Part shown: piece by piece, positions 42,984-59,029 of the stretch
How the letters are laid out: each line of letters starts with the position of its first letter
How positions within the stretch are numbered: position 1 is the first letter of the stretch
Source of the DNA: the human T2T-CHM13v2.0 reference genome, Homo sapiens
DNA length: 64,000 nt
Reading direction: 5' to 3' (one strand)
NCBI RefSeq assembly: GCF_009914755.1
Contig: NC_060927.1
The notes under the pieces: model-generated
The model's input: only the letters and a program-made list of their open reading frames with translations
Told to the model about the DNA's origin: nothing
Databases searched by the model: none
Position numbers and translations under genes: made by a program

Positions 42984-44629
42984 GTTTTATTTTTTCAATA
43001 TTAAAATGAAATTTAAAACATAAAAAATAAAAATATTGATTATTATAAATGGGATATGAGACCTTTAAAACATCACTTTTGTGCTTACATAGCTATATTA
43101 AACAATAAGTTGTGTAAGAAACCAGCCCATGCAAAAAAGAATAGACAACTACCTCATAAAATTAAGGTTTTTATTTAGGCAAGAAGAAACTGTACCGTTT
43201 GAATTTTATCTAATATTGATGAAAATATCACTGAAAAATCTCAATACCATTAAGTTTTAACTTATTTGATCAATTGAACGTGAACCAAAAACAAACAAAA
43301 AAATCAATAAAATATCATGGGAAATAACTTAGTATGCAATTTAAAATTTACATTGTTAATGTAACGGTAGCAGTATCAGATCATCACTTGATTTTTTTTC
43401 TAATTTCAAAGAGTATGAAAATAAAATCATTGTAATTTATAGAGCTCATGAATATTTCGCAAATCAGATGTTGATTATTATGAGAATGAGCAAGAAAAGA
43501 AGATTTGCTCTTATTTACAATTTTTGATGAAATAAAATTATACCTTTTACTTTCCGCTTTTGTTTCACACATCTCCAAACAACTATAATACTATTAATGT
43601 CTATACCAATTTTTTTTCAGTAATATAGTAAATACTAAAAAGAACTAATAAAGTCAATGAACTAATTTTATTTAACAATGGTAGGAAGAGAAACCTATGC
43701 AACTTTAACGACTCTTTGCTCTTAATCTCTTTCTTCAGTTTATATCATGCTTCTAAGAAAATAATATATGACATAAGATATACCAAAATATTTTTAAACT
43801 AGAAGAAACAGTTTCACACAAAACATGCCACAACCTCCCAATAAAGTACAAGATGTAAACCCATGGGGTGTTTTAAGGTATGGTTGATGGTGAACTCAAT
43901 CTCTACTCAAATATTATTGAGAATATTTGAAAACATAATCCAATAAGGCTACAGTAAATTCCAGCTAAAAAGCATGTTTAACAAAATGCATGCTATGAAA
44001 CAGTATTACCATATTATTTTATGTACACCTCCAGCAGCTCCTTTAATATTGTTTTGTTAAATATGATGTACAGAACTATCAGCAGACACAGTGTCTCGTA
44101 TAACCTTCAATCACATTTGCCTAAACATTGAAATTCCATTTAAGAAATGTGTATCAAGTGCTTACTCTGCCATGCACTTTTCTAAGTGTTTGATAAAAAT
44201 CAGTAAATGAAACAAACAAACCCTTTGCCTTATAATCTTGCATTCCAAAATAACTTTAAAATTTTGACCTAGAATTTTTTCACCTCAAATTCATTATTAA
44301 AAATCAAAATAGTTGTCTTTAGTAAAGGTGTTACTCTTCTTGCCTTCTTATTTTTGCAAAGTGTACTGAGATTTTCAGTACTGAGAAATTCAGCTATCCA
44401 AATTTCTAATCATTTTTACATTTTCTTTTGCAATTGGTTTACAATTCTGTCAAAATATCATTTTTTCATCATTATTGTTTTTATCATTATTATATTTCAT
44501 CATTATTTTCACATCTATTTTAGTAAATTGAATTTCCATTTTCCTCTAATTTACTCAATTGTTATTTCAGCCATTAATTTATTTAATGACCGTTTGTTAA
44601 ACATCTGTATTCTGTGTAACATATTATGA

Positions 44630-45200
44630 CTGAACTATTACAATAGTTTCCTGATGGCTCTCCTTATCTCTTTTCTCTTTTCCAATGAATTCCACAAGTT
44701 ATTGTCAGTAATTTTTTGAACCTAATAATAGTTTTATTAATGTTAATTTCCCTTCCATCAACTATCAATGACACCCATGTGCCAGCAGGGTAAAGTTCAT
44801 AGCTATTAATTGATCTTCACATTTTCTTGTCCCAATGCCTGTTTTAACTTTATAACTCTACTTACAGGAAATTTTGTCACAGTAGAATGATCTATTCAGT
44901 CCTCAAATGTGCCTTTCCAGCTTTGTCTTTTCCATGTATTTTTTTTCTAATGCAAAAGTACTCTTCCCACTCCTCTTTCTATAAAAAGCTTGTAGTTCAC
45001 TCAAATTCAAGCTTAAATTACTACGTCCTTCATGAAGTCTTTTCTAACCACTTGAACAGTCTGAACTGTTCTATCCCATTTCAATGTCACTTAATATCTT
45101 ATTTTATACTTAATTTCATATGGCTTGAATGTCTACCTATTTATATGTATTACTATTAACTTAAACTGTGTCTTACTCCTAATCTACAAAGATATGTGTA
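44630..45200 (+). mobile_element. L2 fragment
   Basis: GAACTATTACAATAGTTTCCTGATGGCTCTCC...CTTCATGAAGTCTTTTCTAACC. Confidence 0.6.
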
Positions 45201-45614
45201 AACCACAAAGTGACAAAAATTATTAAGTGAGAAATTTGGCACCTTATGTAAATAAATTTTGAAAAAAGGAAATAAGGATAAAAAAACTTTAGGACAAGAA
45301 AATGTCACATGTTATCATAAACTTGGTTGTAAAATCCAAGTAACTCAGAGAAAGATTTTCGTGATTGGGAATATGATTAGCAATGTATTAATATAACTAA
45401 AATATTGCCCAGAATTACCACTCTATTATTGAAATCAAGGAAAAAAGGATTCCTATGCATCCTCATAGAAAGTGCAGTGTGTAATTATTGAATAATACTG
45501 TCAATAATATAAAATCCAGAAATTAGTTGCTAAGATTTTTTAATATTAATTTTTCAAACTAGGATAATTAAACCCGGTCAAAATGTATCTCTGTAAATAA
45601 TATTGCAGCATGAT

Positions 45615-45960
45615 TATCTTAGTCTTTTCTGTGCTGCTTTAAAAGAATACCTGAGACTGGGTAATTTATAATAAACAGAAATGTATTTATTAGCATTCTG
45701 GATGCTGGGAAGTGCAAGATCATAAGGTTGGCACCTGTGAGGTCTTGCTGCATCATCCCATGAAATAAGGCAAAAGGGCAAGAAAGAGGAAGATATCAAA
45801 ATCATAACCTCAAGCCCTTTTATAATCAGCATTAATTCATTTGTAAGGGTGGCCGTCATGACCTAAACACCACTTAGTAGCCCCCACTTCCCAACATTAT
45901 CACATTGGGGATTAAGTTTCCAATACATGCTTTTTGGGAGATACATTCAAACCATAGCCA
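45615..45960 (-). mobile_element. MaLR solo LTR (MSTC-like)
   Basis: GAATACCTGAGACTGGGTAATTTATA...GATACATTCAAACCATAGC. Confidence 0.87.
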
Positions 45961-46299
45961 GCTTTAAACTCAATCTGTTTCATAAAGGCAGCTATTACAT
46001 AGCATGGATAATGCTAATAAAAACTTTAGTATTATCTGTAGAAGATAAAATATGTATCCTTCATAATTATGTTATGTAATAAATTTTTAATAGTAATTTG
46101 ACTGAGATTAATTTATGCCCTACATGCTGTCAATGGAATTTCAACATATGAGAAATGTGACTGTTCTTTAATTTGAAAAAAGGAACTCTTAATTGCAAAG
46201 GAAATTGTGTGAATAAATGCTGTTTTAGGATATCTGGATTTTAAAAAATCAAAATAAATACAAAATAAAATTTAAATTAAATTTAACATTATATTGAAA

Positions 46300-47470
<1,171 letters not shown>

Positions 47471-48734
47471 CTAAGGCATCTGTTCTATATATTGTTAAAC
47501 AATTTACAAATAATTAACACTAAGTTAATTTTTGTTCTAAGTTAAACTAGTATGTTCCTCTGGCAAAAGGGAAATGTGAAGAGGCTATGTCAAACTTTCC
47601 ATACTGAAATCACCTCATCAAAATTGCATGCACTTAGAGATGTTCAAGGTGAGCCTCAGGTTTTGCCTATTTGTTAGCAATCTGTTTTTTTTTTTTCACC
47701 TGAATTTGTATCTGACTTTTCAAATCTTTGAGATTGAGCATCTTCACCAGGATATGTTTGATAGGATATTTTTAATTATTTTGCCTCTTTAGGTTGACCT
47801 GTGATCCATAGATTTAATTTTCCTGCATTTTAGTGAAACATTCTTTCATATCTTCAAATGCTTTTTCTGATTTTCTTGTTAGTGTATGTCTCCAAACACA
47901 CCTGTTACCAATCTAATGGGTCAGCCCCATCTTTCTTCATGTAAATTTTTTTTATTAATTTACTTCTTGTTACAGTGTATTTAATTCCAGCTGTTTTTCA
48001 TCATTTATTATGAGTTTTACTCCTAGCAGTATTGATATAGTCCTATATTGATTAACAGCAGGGTTATATTCTGCAAAATGCATCATCATAAGAAAATTTT
48101 GTTGTGCAAACATGATAGAGTGTGCTTACTCAAACCTAGCTGGTATGGCCTACTACACACCTAGGTTATATGGTATAGCCTATTCCTCTAGCCTACACAT
48201 CTATACAGCATGTTACTGTACTGAATACTGCAGGCAACTGTAACAAAATGGTGTTTGTGTATCCAAACATATTTGAGCATAAAAATATACAGTAAAAATA
48301 TGGTATAAAAGATAAAAAACAGTATACCTGTATAGGACACTCACCATTAATGGACCTTTTGTGGGACTGGAAATTGCTCTAGGTGAGTCACTGAGTGAAT
48401 GGTCAGTGAATGTTAAGGCCTATGATATTAATAATAGTGTATGATATTAATGTACACTATTCGAGACTTTATAAACACTGTCCATTTAGGCTATGCTGAA
48501 CTTATTAAAAATGATTTTTCTTTCTTTAATAAATTAATCTTAGCTTACTATGACTTTGTTAGTCTATAAATTTTTAACTTTTTAAACTTTTTGAGTATTT
48601 TGTGGTAACGGCTTAAAATGCAAACACATTGTACAGCTGAATTAAATATTTTCTTTTTTCTCTTTTCAGATTTTTTTTTTTTGTTAAAACTAACACACTA
48701 ACACGCACATTAGCCAATGCCTGCCCAGGGCTAG

Positions 48735-49155
<421 letters not shown>

Positions 49156-49450
49156 GGAGCTGTCATCTTTTATGATAACAATGGTTTCTTTTGGAACATC
49201 TCCTAAAGGACCTGCCTGAAGATGTTTTACTTAACTTGTTTTTTAGTAGGTAGAAAGAGTACACTCTAAAATAATGATTAAAAAGTACAATATACTAAAT
49301 ACAAAAACCAGCAATATAGTTGCTTATTATCACTATTAAGTATTATGTACTGTACATAATTGTATATGCTACACTGTTGTATGACTGTCAGTGCAGTAGG
49401 TTTGTTTATACCATCATCACTACAAACAAATGATTAATGTATTGTGCTAT

Positions 49451-50489
<1,039 letters not shown>

Positions 50490-51514
50490 CTACAATATCT
50501 TAAGGGCTATGAAGTCAGTAAGTCATAGGAACTTCTCAGCTTCTTTATAATCTCATGAGACCACCATCATATATGCAGTCCATCATTGACTAGAATAACA
50601 TTATGTAGCATATGACTGTATTTGCCTTTTAAGTGAATTTTGAAAATTTTCTAATTCTCCTTTTACCTCTTATTTCATAGGGTTCATTAACAATTTTCAT
50701 GAGAATGCAATTCTATGCAAATATCTTCATTTCCTAGAGTGTCTTGTTCAAAAGTGTGTTTTCTGTCATTTGCATGCTACGAATAATAGCATAGTCTCAT
50801 ACATTTTTTCTTTTGCTCCTAACAGTATTTGCAATTTTCACTAAATATAGATTCTCTTGGTTCCCGTCCCGGTTTACCTGGGCATGATTTGAGCCATCTT
50901 TGAACCACAGAGGAATGCTTGAGTGCAAAAGATTTCTCAAGACCTATTCAGCCATGCAATTGCTTGCAGTAAGTGTGAAAGGATTAAGTTTTTCGTAGCA
51001 GCAGATGGGAAATGATCTCTCTATGTACTTTATTTTTTCTGTGTTAAAACCTCTATATTATGGGACACCGCCATTAAAAATGGATATTCAATTTAATATA
51101 TGCGTGTATGGAACTGGATATTTTTTGAATTTATGTTTGTTCATTGATTTAAATGTGTCAACCTCTTTAGTGGGAGGTTGAGTGTGAAAATGCTTTACAA
51201 TTTGTTAGATTTTTGCTTGGTTTCTCACATCTAAATGAAGTATAATATATGAGAAATATGGAAAAGTAAGTTTGCAATATGACACCAATTTGGTTAATGA
51301 GAATAAATTAAAGTTGAAAGGCAATCAATTAAAAAAATTAGCATTAATCACAGAAATGCAACATTGTAAAGCAATGGTAAGGGGCTGAATTTACAACAGG
51401 ATGCATCTGAAGCAAAATCAAACAGCTTTAAAATATGGAATTAAAGTGTATATGATCTTGTGCTTCATAATTTTATATATATAGGTAATTTAAAATAAAA
51501 ATATATATATATAA

Positions 51515-53515
51515 ATAGGGAAAAAACTCCTTGATATTGGTCTTGGCAGTGATATCTTAAATATCACACTAAAAGTTCAGGCTACAAAAACAATAAATGG
51601 GACTATATCAAAGTAAAACAAATAACAAAACAAAACAAAAAGCTTCTGAAGAGCAAAGAAACAATCATAACAAAAAAGAGAATCCATGGATCGGAAGAAT
51701 ATATTTGGAAACCATACATCTGATAAAAGATTAATAAGCAAAATTTATTTTAAAAAACATACATGTGATAAGGGGTTAATATGCAAAATTTATACAAACA
51801 CACATACAACTCAACAGCAAGAAAACATATGGCCTAATTGTAAAATGGGCAACAGACCTAAATAAACACTTCTCTGAAGAAGAAATAAAAATGGCCACAG
51901 GTATATAAAAAGGATCTCAACATCATTCATTATCAGGGAAATGCAAACCAAAGCCACTATGATAAATTGGCTCACACATGTTAAAATGGCCACTATGAAG
52001 ACAAAAAGATAACAAGTGTTGGTGAAGGTATGAAGAAAAGGGAATTCTTGTACACTGTTGGTCTGACTATTTTGGAAAGCAATGTGGAGGTTCCTAAATA
52101 AATTAAAAATATAATTACCATATCACCTAGCAATCTTTCTTCTGGGTATATGGCAGTCCCCTCTTTTTCATTGTTTCACTTTCTGTGGTTTCAGTTTCCT
52201 GCGATTAACAGGGGTCTAAAATTGTTAAATGGAATATTTGGGGAATAAACCACTCACAAAGTTTAAAATTGGGCACTGTTCTGAATAGCATGATAAAATC
52301 TCATGCCATTCTGCTTTGTACCATCCAGGACATGAATCATACCTTTATCTAGTGTATCCACACTGTATATGCTCCCTGCCTCTTAGTCATTTCATAGCTG
52401 TCTTGGTAATTAGATCAACTGTCACATTATGGCAGTGCTTATGTTCAAGTAATTATTATTTTATGTAGTGGTGGCCCCAGTGTGCAAGAACAGTAATACT
52501 GGCAATTCAGATACGCCAAAGAGAAGCCATAATGAACTTCCTGTAAGTGAAAAGGTGAAAATTCTTAACTTTCTAAGAAAAAAAAAAAAAATATATATAT
52601 ATATACCACATTTGCTAAGATCTATGGTAAGAGCAAGTCTTCTATCCTTGAAATTGTGAACAGTATATTGCTACAATTATTCTATTATTAGCTATTGTTT
52701 TTAATCTCTTACTGTGCCTAATTTATAAATTAAACTTTTATCATAGATATATATGAATAGAAAAATCATCATCTATATATCATATATATATATATATATA
52801 TATATATAGGGGTTCAGTACTATTCACAGGTTCAGGTACCTGGTGGGGTATTGGTGTTATAGCCTCTGAGAGTAAGGAGAGAATACCATGTACTCAAAGT
52901 AATAAAATCATCACCTCATAAAGATGTCTGCATTCTCATATTCGTTGCAGTATTATTCATGATAGCCAAGATATAGAAACAATCTAGGTGTCTATTGATG
53001 AACAAATGGGTAAAGAAACTTGGTATGTATAGAGAGAGTGGGAAATAATTCAGCCATAAAAAAAGGAGATCCTTCCTTTTGCTATGTCATGGATGGACCT
53101 AGAGGACATATGCTAAGTGACAAAAGCCAGAAACAGATAAATGTTAAAAAATTCATGATATCACTTATATGTGGAATCTAAAAAAAAATGTCAACTATAC
53201 ATAAATAGAGAATAAGAAAGTGGTTACCAGTGTCAAGATGTGGAGGAAGAGAAGGAATTAGGGAGATGTAGATCAAAAGATGCGAAATAGAAGTCATGTA
53301 GGATGGACAAGTCTAATAAATAGTGTGCAACATGAGGGCTATGTTTAATAATAGTGTATTGTATTCAACATTTTTATTAAATTAGTAGATAATAGCTGCT
53401 CTGCCTCAGAGGAAAAAGATGAGTATATGAGATGATATGTTAATTTGTTTCACTGTAGAAACCGTTTTATTATATATGTATCTCAAAGCATTGTGTTGCA
53501 TAATAAAATTGATAA
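51515..53515 (+). mobile_element. L1MA 3' region, split by MER44
   Basis: ORF2 C-terminal text (ATCAGGGAAATGCAAACC, AACAAGTGTTGGTGAAG) and L1MA 3'UTR; TTCTGGGTATA resumes as TACTCAAAG after MER44. Confidence 0.88.
52151..52890 (+). mobile_element. MER44 (Tigger7-derived) DNA transposon with an internal (TA)n
   Basis: GTTTCACTTTCTGTGGTTTCAGTT...CTGTTCTGAATAGCATGATAAAATCTC...CCAAAGAGAAGCC; TA flanks. Confidence 0.85.
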
Positions 53516-53750
53516 AGCTATATATGTTTGGTCTTTACCCTCTTCCTTGGCAATCAGCTTTCACAATTTTGGAGATCTCTGAAGTGATGTGTCTTTTTAA
53601 TAAATGATGGCTTGGGGCTTCTGGATAAACTCAGGATGGAGGCTGGTTGCCAGAGAAACCAACCATGTGATTAAGAGTTGGGGCTTTCAGTTCCACCCCT
53701 CAACCCCTGGGGAGAGGAGAGGTGTTGAAAGTTGAGTTTATCATCAACTC
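53505..53750 (+). mobile_element. MER21-like LTR fragment
   Basis: CAGGATGGAGGCTGGTTGCCAGAGAAACCAACCATGTGATTAAGAG...GGGGAGAGGAGAGG. Confidence 0.8.
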
Positions 53751-53849
53751 AACTTCTTACCCTGTGTTGTTTCTCTGGGCTAACAATCACTGCCTCCTTA
53801 CCTACCAAATCAATCTTCCTAACCTAGCTCAGAATCATATCTTAGGGCA

Positions 53850-54070
53850 ATTCTACTCTGTCACTCCTACCAGACAGCTGATTAACCAAGCCCTCCTGTG
53901 TGGTGCCTTTGTATCTTGTACCTATTTCCATGATGTACTTTTTACTGTATTATAATTATTTGTATTATATGCTTTGAGGGCAGAACCTTTATCATATTTA
54001 TCTCTGAGCTCTCTAACATGTAGCAGAATGCATGATAAATTATAAGTATTCAATAACTTGGTGAAATTTA
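53850..54070 (+). mobile_element. L2 3' end
   Basis: TTTGAGGGCAGAACC...ATTTATCTCTG...AGTATTCAATAA. Confidence 0.55.
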
Positions 54071-54268
54071 ATTATACATTTTGTTAACTAGTAGTATATA
54101 AGGAGGCAAAAGAGAAAAATTCTCCAACATAGGTCAATGATAGGGTTTTTTTGTTTGTTTGTTTTGACCATACTATACATGAAGCTGAATAAAGCTCATG
54201 CAAAAACACTTGTTTTCATTTTTCTAAAAATACATTATTTTGTAGAAAGGAAATAAAAGAAAGATAAC

Positions 54269-54629
54269 TGTTTTAGTCTGTTGTCTGCTGCTATAACACA
54301 ATACCTGAGATGGGGTAATTTATAAACCATAGAAATTTATGGTTCTGGAAGCTGAGAAGTCCAAGAGCATGGCACTAGCGTTGAGCCAGAGCCTTTGTGC
54401 TGAGTTATCTCATGCAGAAGGCAGAAGGGCAAGTGGGCACGTGAGACAGAAAGAAAAAAAAAAAGGGAATCAAAATCTCATGATAGCTTACCCACTCCTG
54501 AGGTAACAACATTAATTTATGTATGAGAACAGAGTGAATCACCTTTTAAATACCTCACAACGCTTAATACCACCCCAACGACAATTAAATTTTAACAAGA
54601 GTTTTGGAGGCTATGTTATAATTATAGCA
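54269..54629 (-). mobile_element. MaLR solo LTR (MSTC/D-like)
   Basis: TGTTTTAGTCTG...GCTGCTATAACACAATACCTGAGA...AAGTCCAAGAGCATGGCAC...ATAGCA. Confidence 0.85.
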
Positions 54630-54639
54630 ATGACCATTT

Positions 54640-54900
54640 GTTGAGACAACTGTGATTATAATACTATGTTCCAAGCATGGTATGGGTACCTGACATAGAC
54701 TGATAATTTTCACTATAATCTTGCTGTGTAGAAGGTTGGATGGGCCTCAGTTTATAAATGTGGAAACTGAGGATCAGAGATATAGTTCATCACAGACTGA
54801 TAATTTTCACTACAATCTTGCTGTGTAGAAGGTTGGATGGGCCTCAATTTGTAAATGTGGAAACTGAGGATCAGAGATATATTTGTTCATGGTTACATTG
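54640..54900 (-). mobile_element. MIR containing a 97-bp tandem duplication
   Basis: GGAAACTGAGG core present twice; copies start at 54697 and 54794. Confidence 0.85.
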
Positions 54901-54967
54901 AAGTGATCTAATCTGTCAATATTTGCCTTTTGTCCTGATAATGACTTTACTGTGTCTGTGCCATACT

Positions 54968-55280
54968 TTTTATTTTTTATTTTTATTTTTTGAGACAATG
55001 TCTCACTCTGCCACCCAGGCTGGAGTCCAATGGCATGATCATGGCTCACTACAGCCTTGACCTCTTGACCTCCCCAGACTCAAGCAATCCTCCCATCTCA
55101 GCCTCCTGAGTAGCTAGGACTACAGACACACACCACCACTTGACTAATTTTTGTATTTTTTTGTAGAGATGTGGTTTTACCATGTTGTCCAGCGTGGTCT
55201 TGAACTCCTGAGATTAGCAATCTGCTAGGCTCAGACTCCCAAAGTGCTGGTATTACAGGCGTGAGCCACCATACCCAGCC
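54968..55280 (-). mobile_element. AluJ, full length
   Basis: ATCATGGCTCACTACAGCCTTGACCTC, CTCAAGCAATCCTCCC; TSD CTGTGCC(A/G)TAC at 54956 and 55282. Confidence 0.94.
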
Positions 55281-55399
55281 CCTGTGCCGTACATTTTGAA
55301 AATAAAGGTTTCTGTAAGCTGAGACAAGTTTAATTTGAAATACATAGTTTTAAAAAGGGTATAATGAAATAATTATAAATTTTAAACATTCAAATAAAC

Positions 55400-55740
55400 T
55401 AATTTTAGCTTTTACCTATATATATATTCTTTGATAAAAATAAGATCATATCATAATGTATTTTGTGGCTGTGTTTTTCGCACAGTATTATATTGTGAAT
55501 GTATTTCCATGCCAATAAGAATTCTGTGTTTTCATTTTTAATGTCTGGTGGATCTTCATTTATTCAGTGTATCTCCTACTGCTGAACATTAACTATTTTT
55601 TGAGAATTTGTTATTTACAACATTGTTATAACAACCTCTGTAATTCTCTGTATGCATCTTGTACAAATAATCATTCTATTGAGCTACGTTTCTAAAAGGA
55701 GGATTGTGGTTTTGTGCATGCCCTAAGATATTTATATGCC
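55400..55740 (-). mobile_element. old L1ME 3' fragment
   Basis: ATATTGTGAATGTATTTCCATGCCAATAA...TCTCCTACTGCTGAACATT. Confidence 0.55.
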
Positions 55741-57672
55741 TGTATTATGTTTCTGTGGCTGCTATAGATTATAAATTCCTCAAGGAATGATGCTTTCTAG
55801 TTTCTTTCTATACCTTGGCTATGCATGGTATTTTGTCTTTATAATGATTGCACTCTATTAAATATCTTATTTCCTAAATATTTAGTAGCTTAGGAAAAAG
55901 TTATGGGGAGGGAAAAAATTAAAGATAATGGTTTTATTCCAAAAATTATAAGATACTGTTTTCTTTGTTTGGTCATAGGTCTGTTCATCTGGTCTTATTT
56001 GCTTTTCCATTGAAACCTTTACATGGAATTTTTGCTGTTGAGAAATAAAATTTAGTTTAAAAAATAAGCAAAAAACAAAACAAAATGTGGCAAACACTTC
56101 TCACCCACTTAAAGAGCTACATGCAGTCAGTGTATGATTATGGAATAAAGCTGTAAGTTTATCCATGAATCAATGAACGGGAGAATGAAGCAGGAGGAAA
56201 TCTGTCCATATTGCTCCACGTTGAACGCTTTCACTTTCTCATTTTTCTCCATTAGAAAGAGTTAAAGCCCAGGTGCTCAATACAAGGTGGGGAGAATCTC
56301 TGGGGAGGAAGGCCCTGGAAATTGCCTAGGGATAGTGTGTTGACACTGGTAATCTCTCTAGTCATAGAAGAAACTCCTGGTTCTGTGATTTACCTCATGT
56401 TGACAAAACGGAAATTTCCTATAACTGTCTCTATCAGCAGCATCTTTTGAAAAATAAGATTGTTTCAGCAGTTAAGTTTTAAAATGCTTAACTTTTTTCT
56501 CTGCTTGAACTTCTTGCCCTCTTCCCATCATACCTTTTAAAACAAATTGCCTGTCAAGTTACAGTTTACTTTAATTCACTTTTAACAAGTATATAGGCCT
56601 GTGACTAATCTAGAGATAATTACAGTGCCAATCCTATTGACAAAATTGAAATACTGAAATGAAAATATGTGCATTTCCACTCTCTTTTCCCAGGAATATT
56701 AACCTGTCACTCCAGTGCTGTATCAAAAATTCCTTGGCTTCTTTTCTTAAATCAAATTTGCCCAAAGCTCTGAGAAACCACATTTTCATAAGCAACTTAG
56801 TCAGGCTACATCTACAAGCTCCAGGAGGGAGATTACCACCTTGCCTCTATCAAAAATTTTATTATGTGATATTAAGAACTTTGAAAACTGACTTATGCTT
56901 CTCTATTAAACTCATACTCAGAATGTAGGGGGATTCCTAATTAGCTTCTTATGCTCTAGTTAAGGTGTTACCCAGTTGAGTTTCCATTTCAAAGGCGACA
57001 TAATGAAAAAGTGCCTGTTTCTCACTTAAGAACTACCATACTTGTATTTGCACAGTAACTCTACATAAAAATTCAGCATCATGGAAAGTATAGCAATGGA
57101 GAGAACTATAAACATGAACAATTTGCAAAAGAGGAAGAAAAACATTCATGAGGCAATTTACACCTTGTTACCTAATTTGAATTTTAATAGGCAGACTCCT
57201 ACAATAGTCACATGCTGGAAGGAAACATTGATTGAAAAAAGTCAAAGAAGATATTATCAGGTAATTATCATACAGTTTAAAATGCATATTCTATTTGTCA
57301 TATACAGTGCTTTAAAAAAGTCAGGGCATCATAGAAAATTCAGAGTTTAGATCAGAAATGCTGTATCAAATGCAAAGTAATATTATAAATCTCTGAAGGA
57401 ATGAACTTTTACTTCTCCATTGTACAGCAGTAAAACTAGGGAAACGACCCTCTATGATCAAGGCAAATGCTATGCCACCAAATATTGCATAAAATGAAAA
57501 AATACAAATGTTTTATATAATATCATACCTTTTGGAGCTGTGTACCACCCACAAACAAGCACAGAAAAAGATGGTCTGAAAAAGAAAGAATAAAGGCAGA
57601 GCAGATGACAGAGCAGAGAAAGAGAGAAACACACAGTAAAATCATTTTAGAGCTTGTGATTAAGATGGGCGT

Positions 57673-58092
57673 TAATATAGCATGAATTTGTGTTCTTTCT
57701 AACTCTCATGTTAAAATGTGACTCCCAATGTTGGAGATGGACATGGTGGGAGATGTTGGGGTAATGGGGACAGATTCCTCATTAATGGCTCGGTGCTATC
57801 TTTGTGGGACTCAGTGAGTTCTTGCTCTGGTAGTTCACATTAGAGGCAATGGTTTAAAACAGCCTAGCACCTCTCCCCTCTCCCTGTCTTATTCCGTCTC
57901 TTACCATGTGACAGGCTTGCTCCCTTTGGCCTTCTACCATAATTGGAAGCTTCCTCAGGCCTCAACAGAAGGATTTGCTAGCACAAGCCTTCTTATATAT
58001 CTTGTAGAACCACAAGCCAAAATAAATTTCATTTCTTTATAAATTACTCAGCCTCAGGTATTTCTTTACAGCAGCACAAATGGACTATTACA
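57673..58092 (+). mobile_element. MaLR solo LTR (MSTB-like)
   Basis: CTCATGTTAAAATGTGACTCCCAATGTTGGAG...TTTATAAATTACTCAGCCTCAGGTATTTCTTTACAGCAGCACAAATGGACTATTACA. Confidence 0.9.
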
Positions 58093-58419
58093 GTCATCAA
58101 TAAATAGCCTAAAGTCTCATGTAAGACCATTTAAGGCAATTGGTGGGCCTATTACCAGCAAAAGTCTTCTGAGTACACAGGAAGAGTACTGTTGCCTAAA
58201 CAAACCTAAAAGCAAACTAAAAAATGAACTCATTTGTTTTTTTGTGGTGAGTTCTGCCCAATGTATTAACAGAAATGTGCAGCTATGAGCCACGTTACCG
58301 TGTTCCAATACTGTACATAAGTGCACACACCCTCCATATATAGTTTTATAGATTTGTTGCCCAATGCACACAGCAAGTCAATATGTGGAGACACTAGGTA
58401 GCAACACAGAAAAAGTGTA

Positions 58420-58830
58420 ATCTTAGGGCCAAAAAATGAGTTGGGAGGAATCCTCAAATTCGTCTCCCCAAGGAGTCTGGGACTAGGGTGTTTAAGGGTT
58501 TTGGAGTGGGATCAAGTATGGATGTTGTAGATTGGTTGAAGAGTGCAGGGTGAAGTCATGGGACAGAGAGATGAGGAATCTGTATTCTCATGGTAATCTC
58601 ATTCCTATGTGGATATCTAGTTGCTGGAATTCAGGGTCTAAAAATCATCTAAAGTGGTCCTTAAACAAAAGCCTTATGGTTCTGAAGTCAGAAATCCTGT
58701 CTATAGAAACAATGAGGTCAGTATCTAGTGCGACCTGACCCTTATCACCAAAGAAGTAGGCCAAATTGAAGCCTGATTCATGATTAATTGTAACAGTATT
58801 TCTATACAGAACCTGGCATGAAATTTCCAA
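58420..58830 (-). mobile_element. ERV1 (MER4-group) LTR fragment, subfamily uncertain
   Basis: CTCAAATTCGTCTCCCCAAGGAGTCTGGGACTAGGGTGTTTAAGGG...GATGAGGAATCTGTATTCTCATG. Confidence 0.6.
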
Positions 58831-59029
58831 AAACCCCGTGGAGGCAATTTCACATATAGCATTTTTATTCAGAATAAAATCCAAGCTACCTAAACCCGGA
58901 TTTCCAAAGAAAAGCAGCAGTGGTTGAAAAACAACTTTTACCAGAAAGGCCTCAGCATATAAATAACGTGAGGACTTTGATTAAAAACACTTGTTTAAGG
59001 CTGTTTTCCTGGCTTGAATGTTTCTGTCC

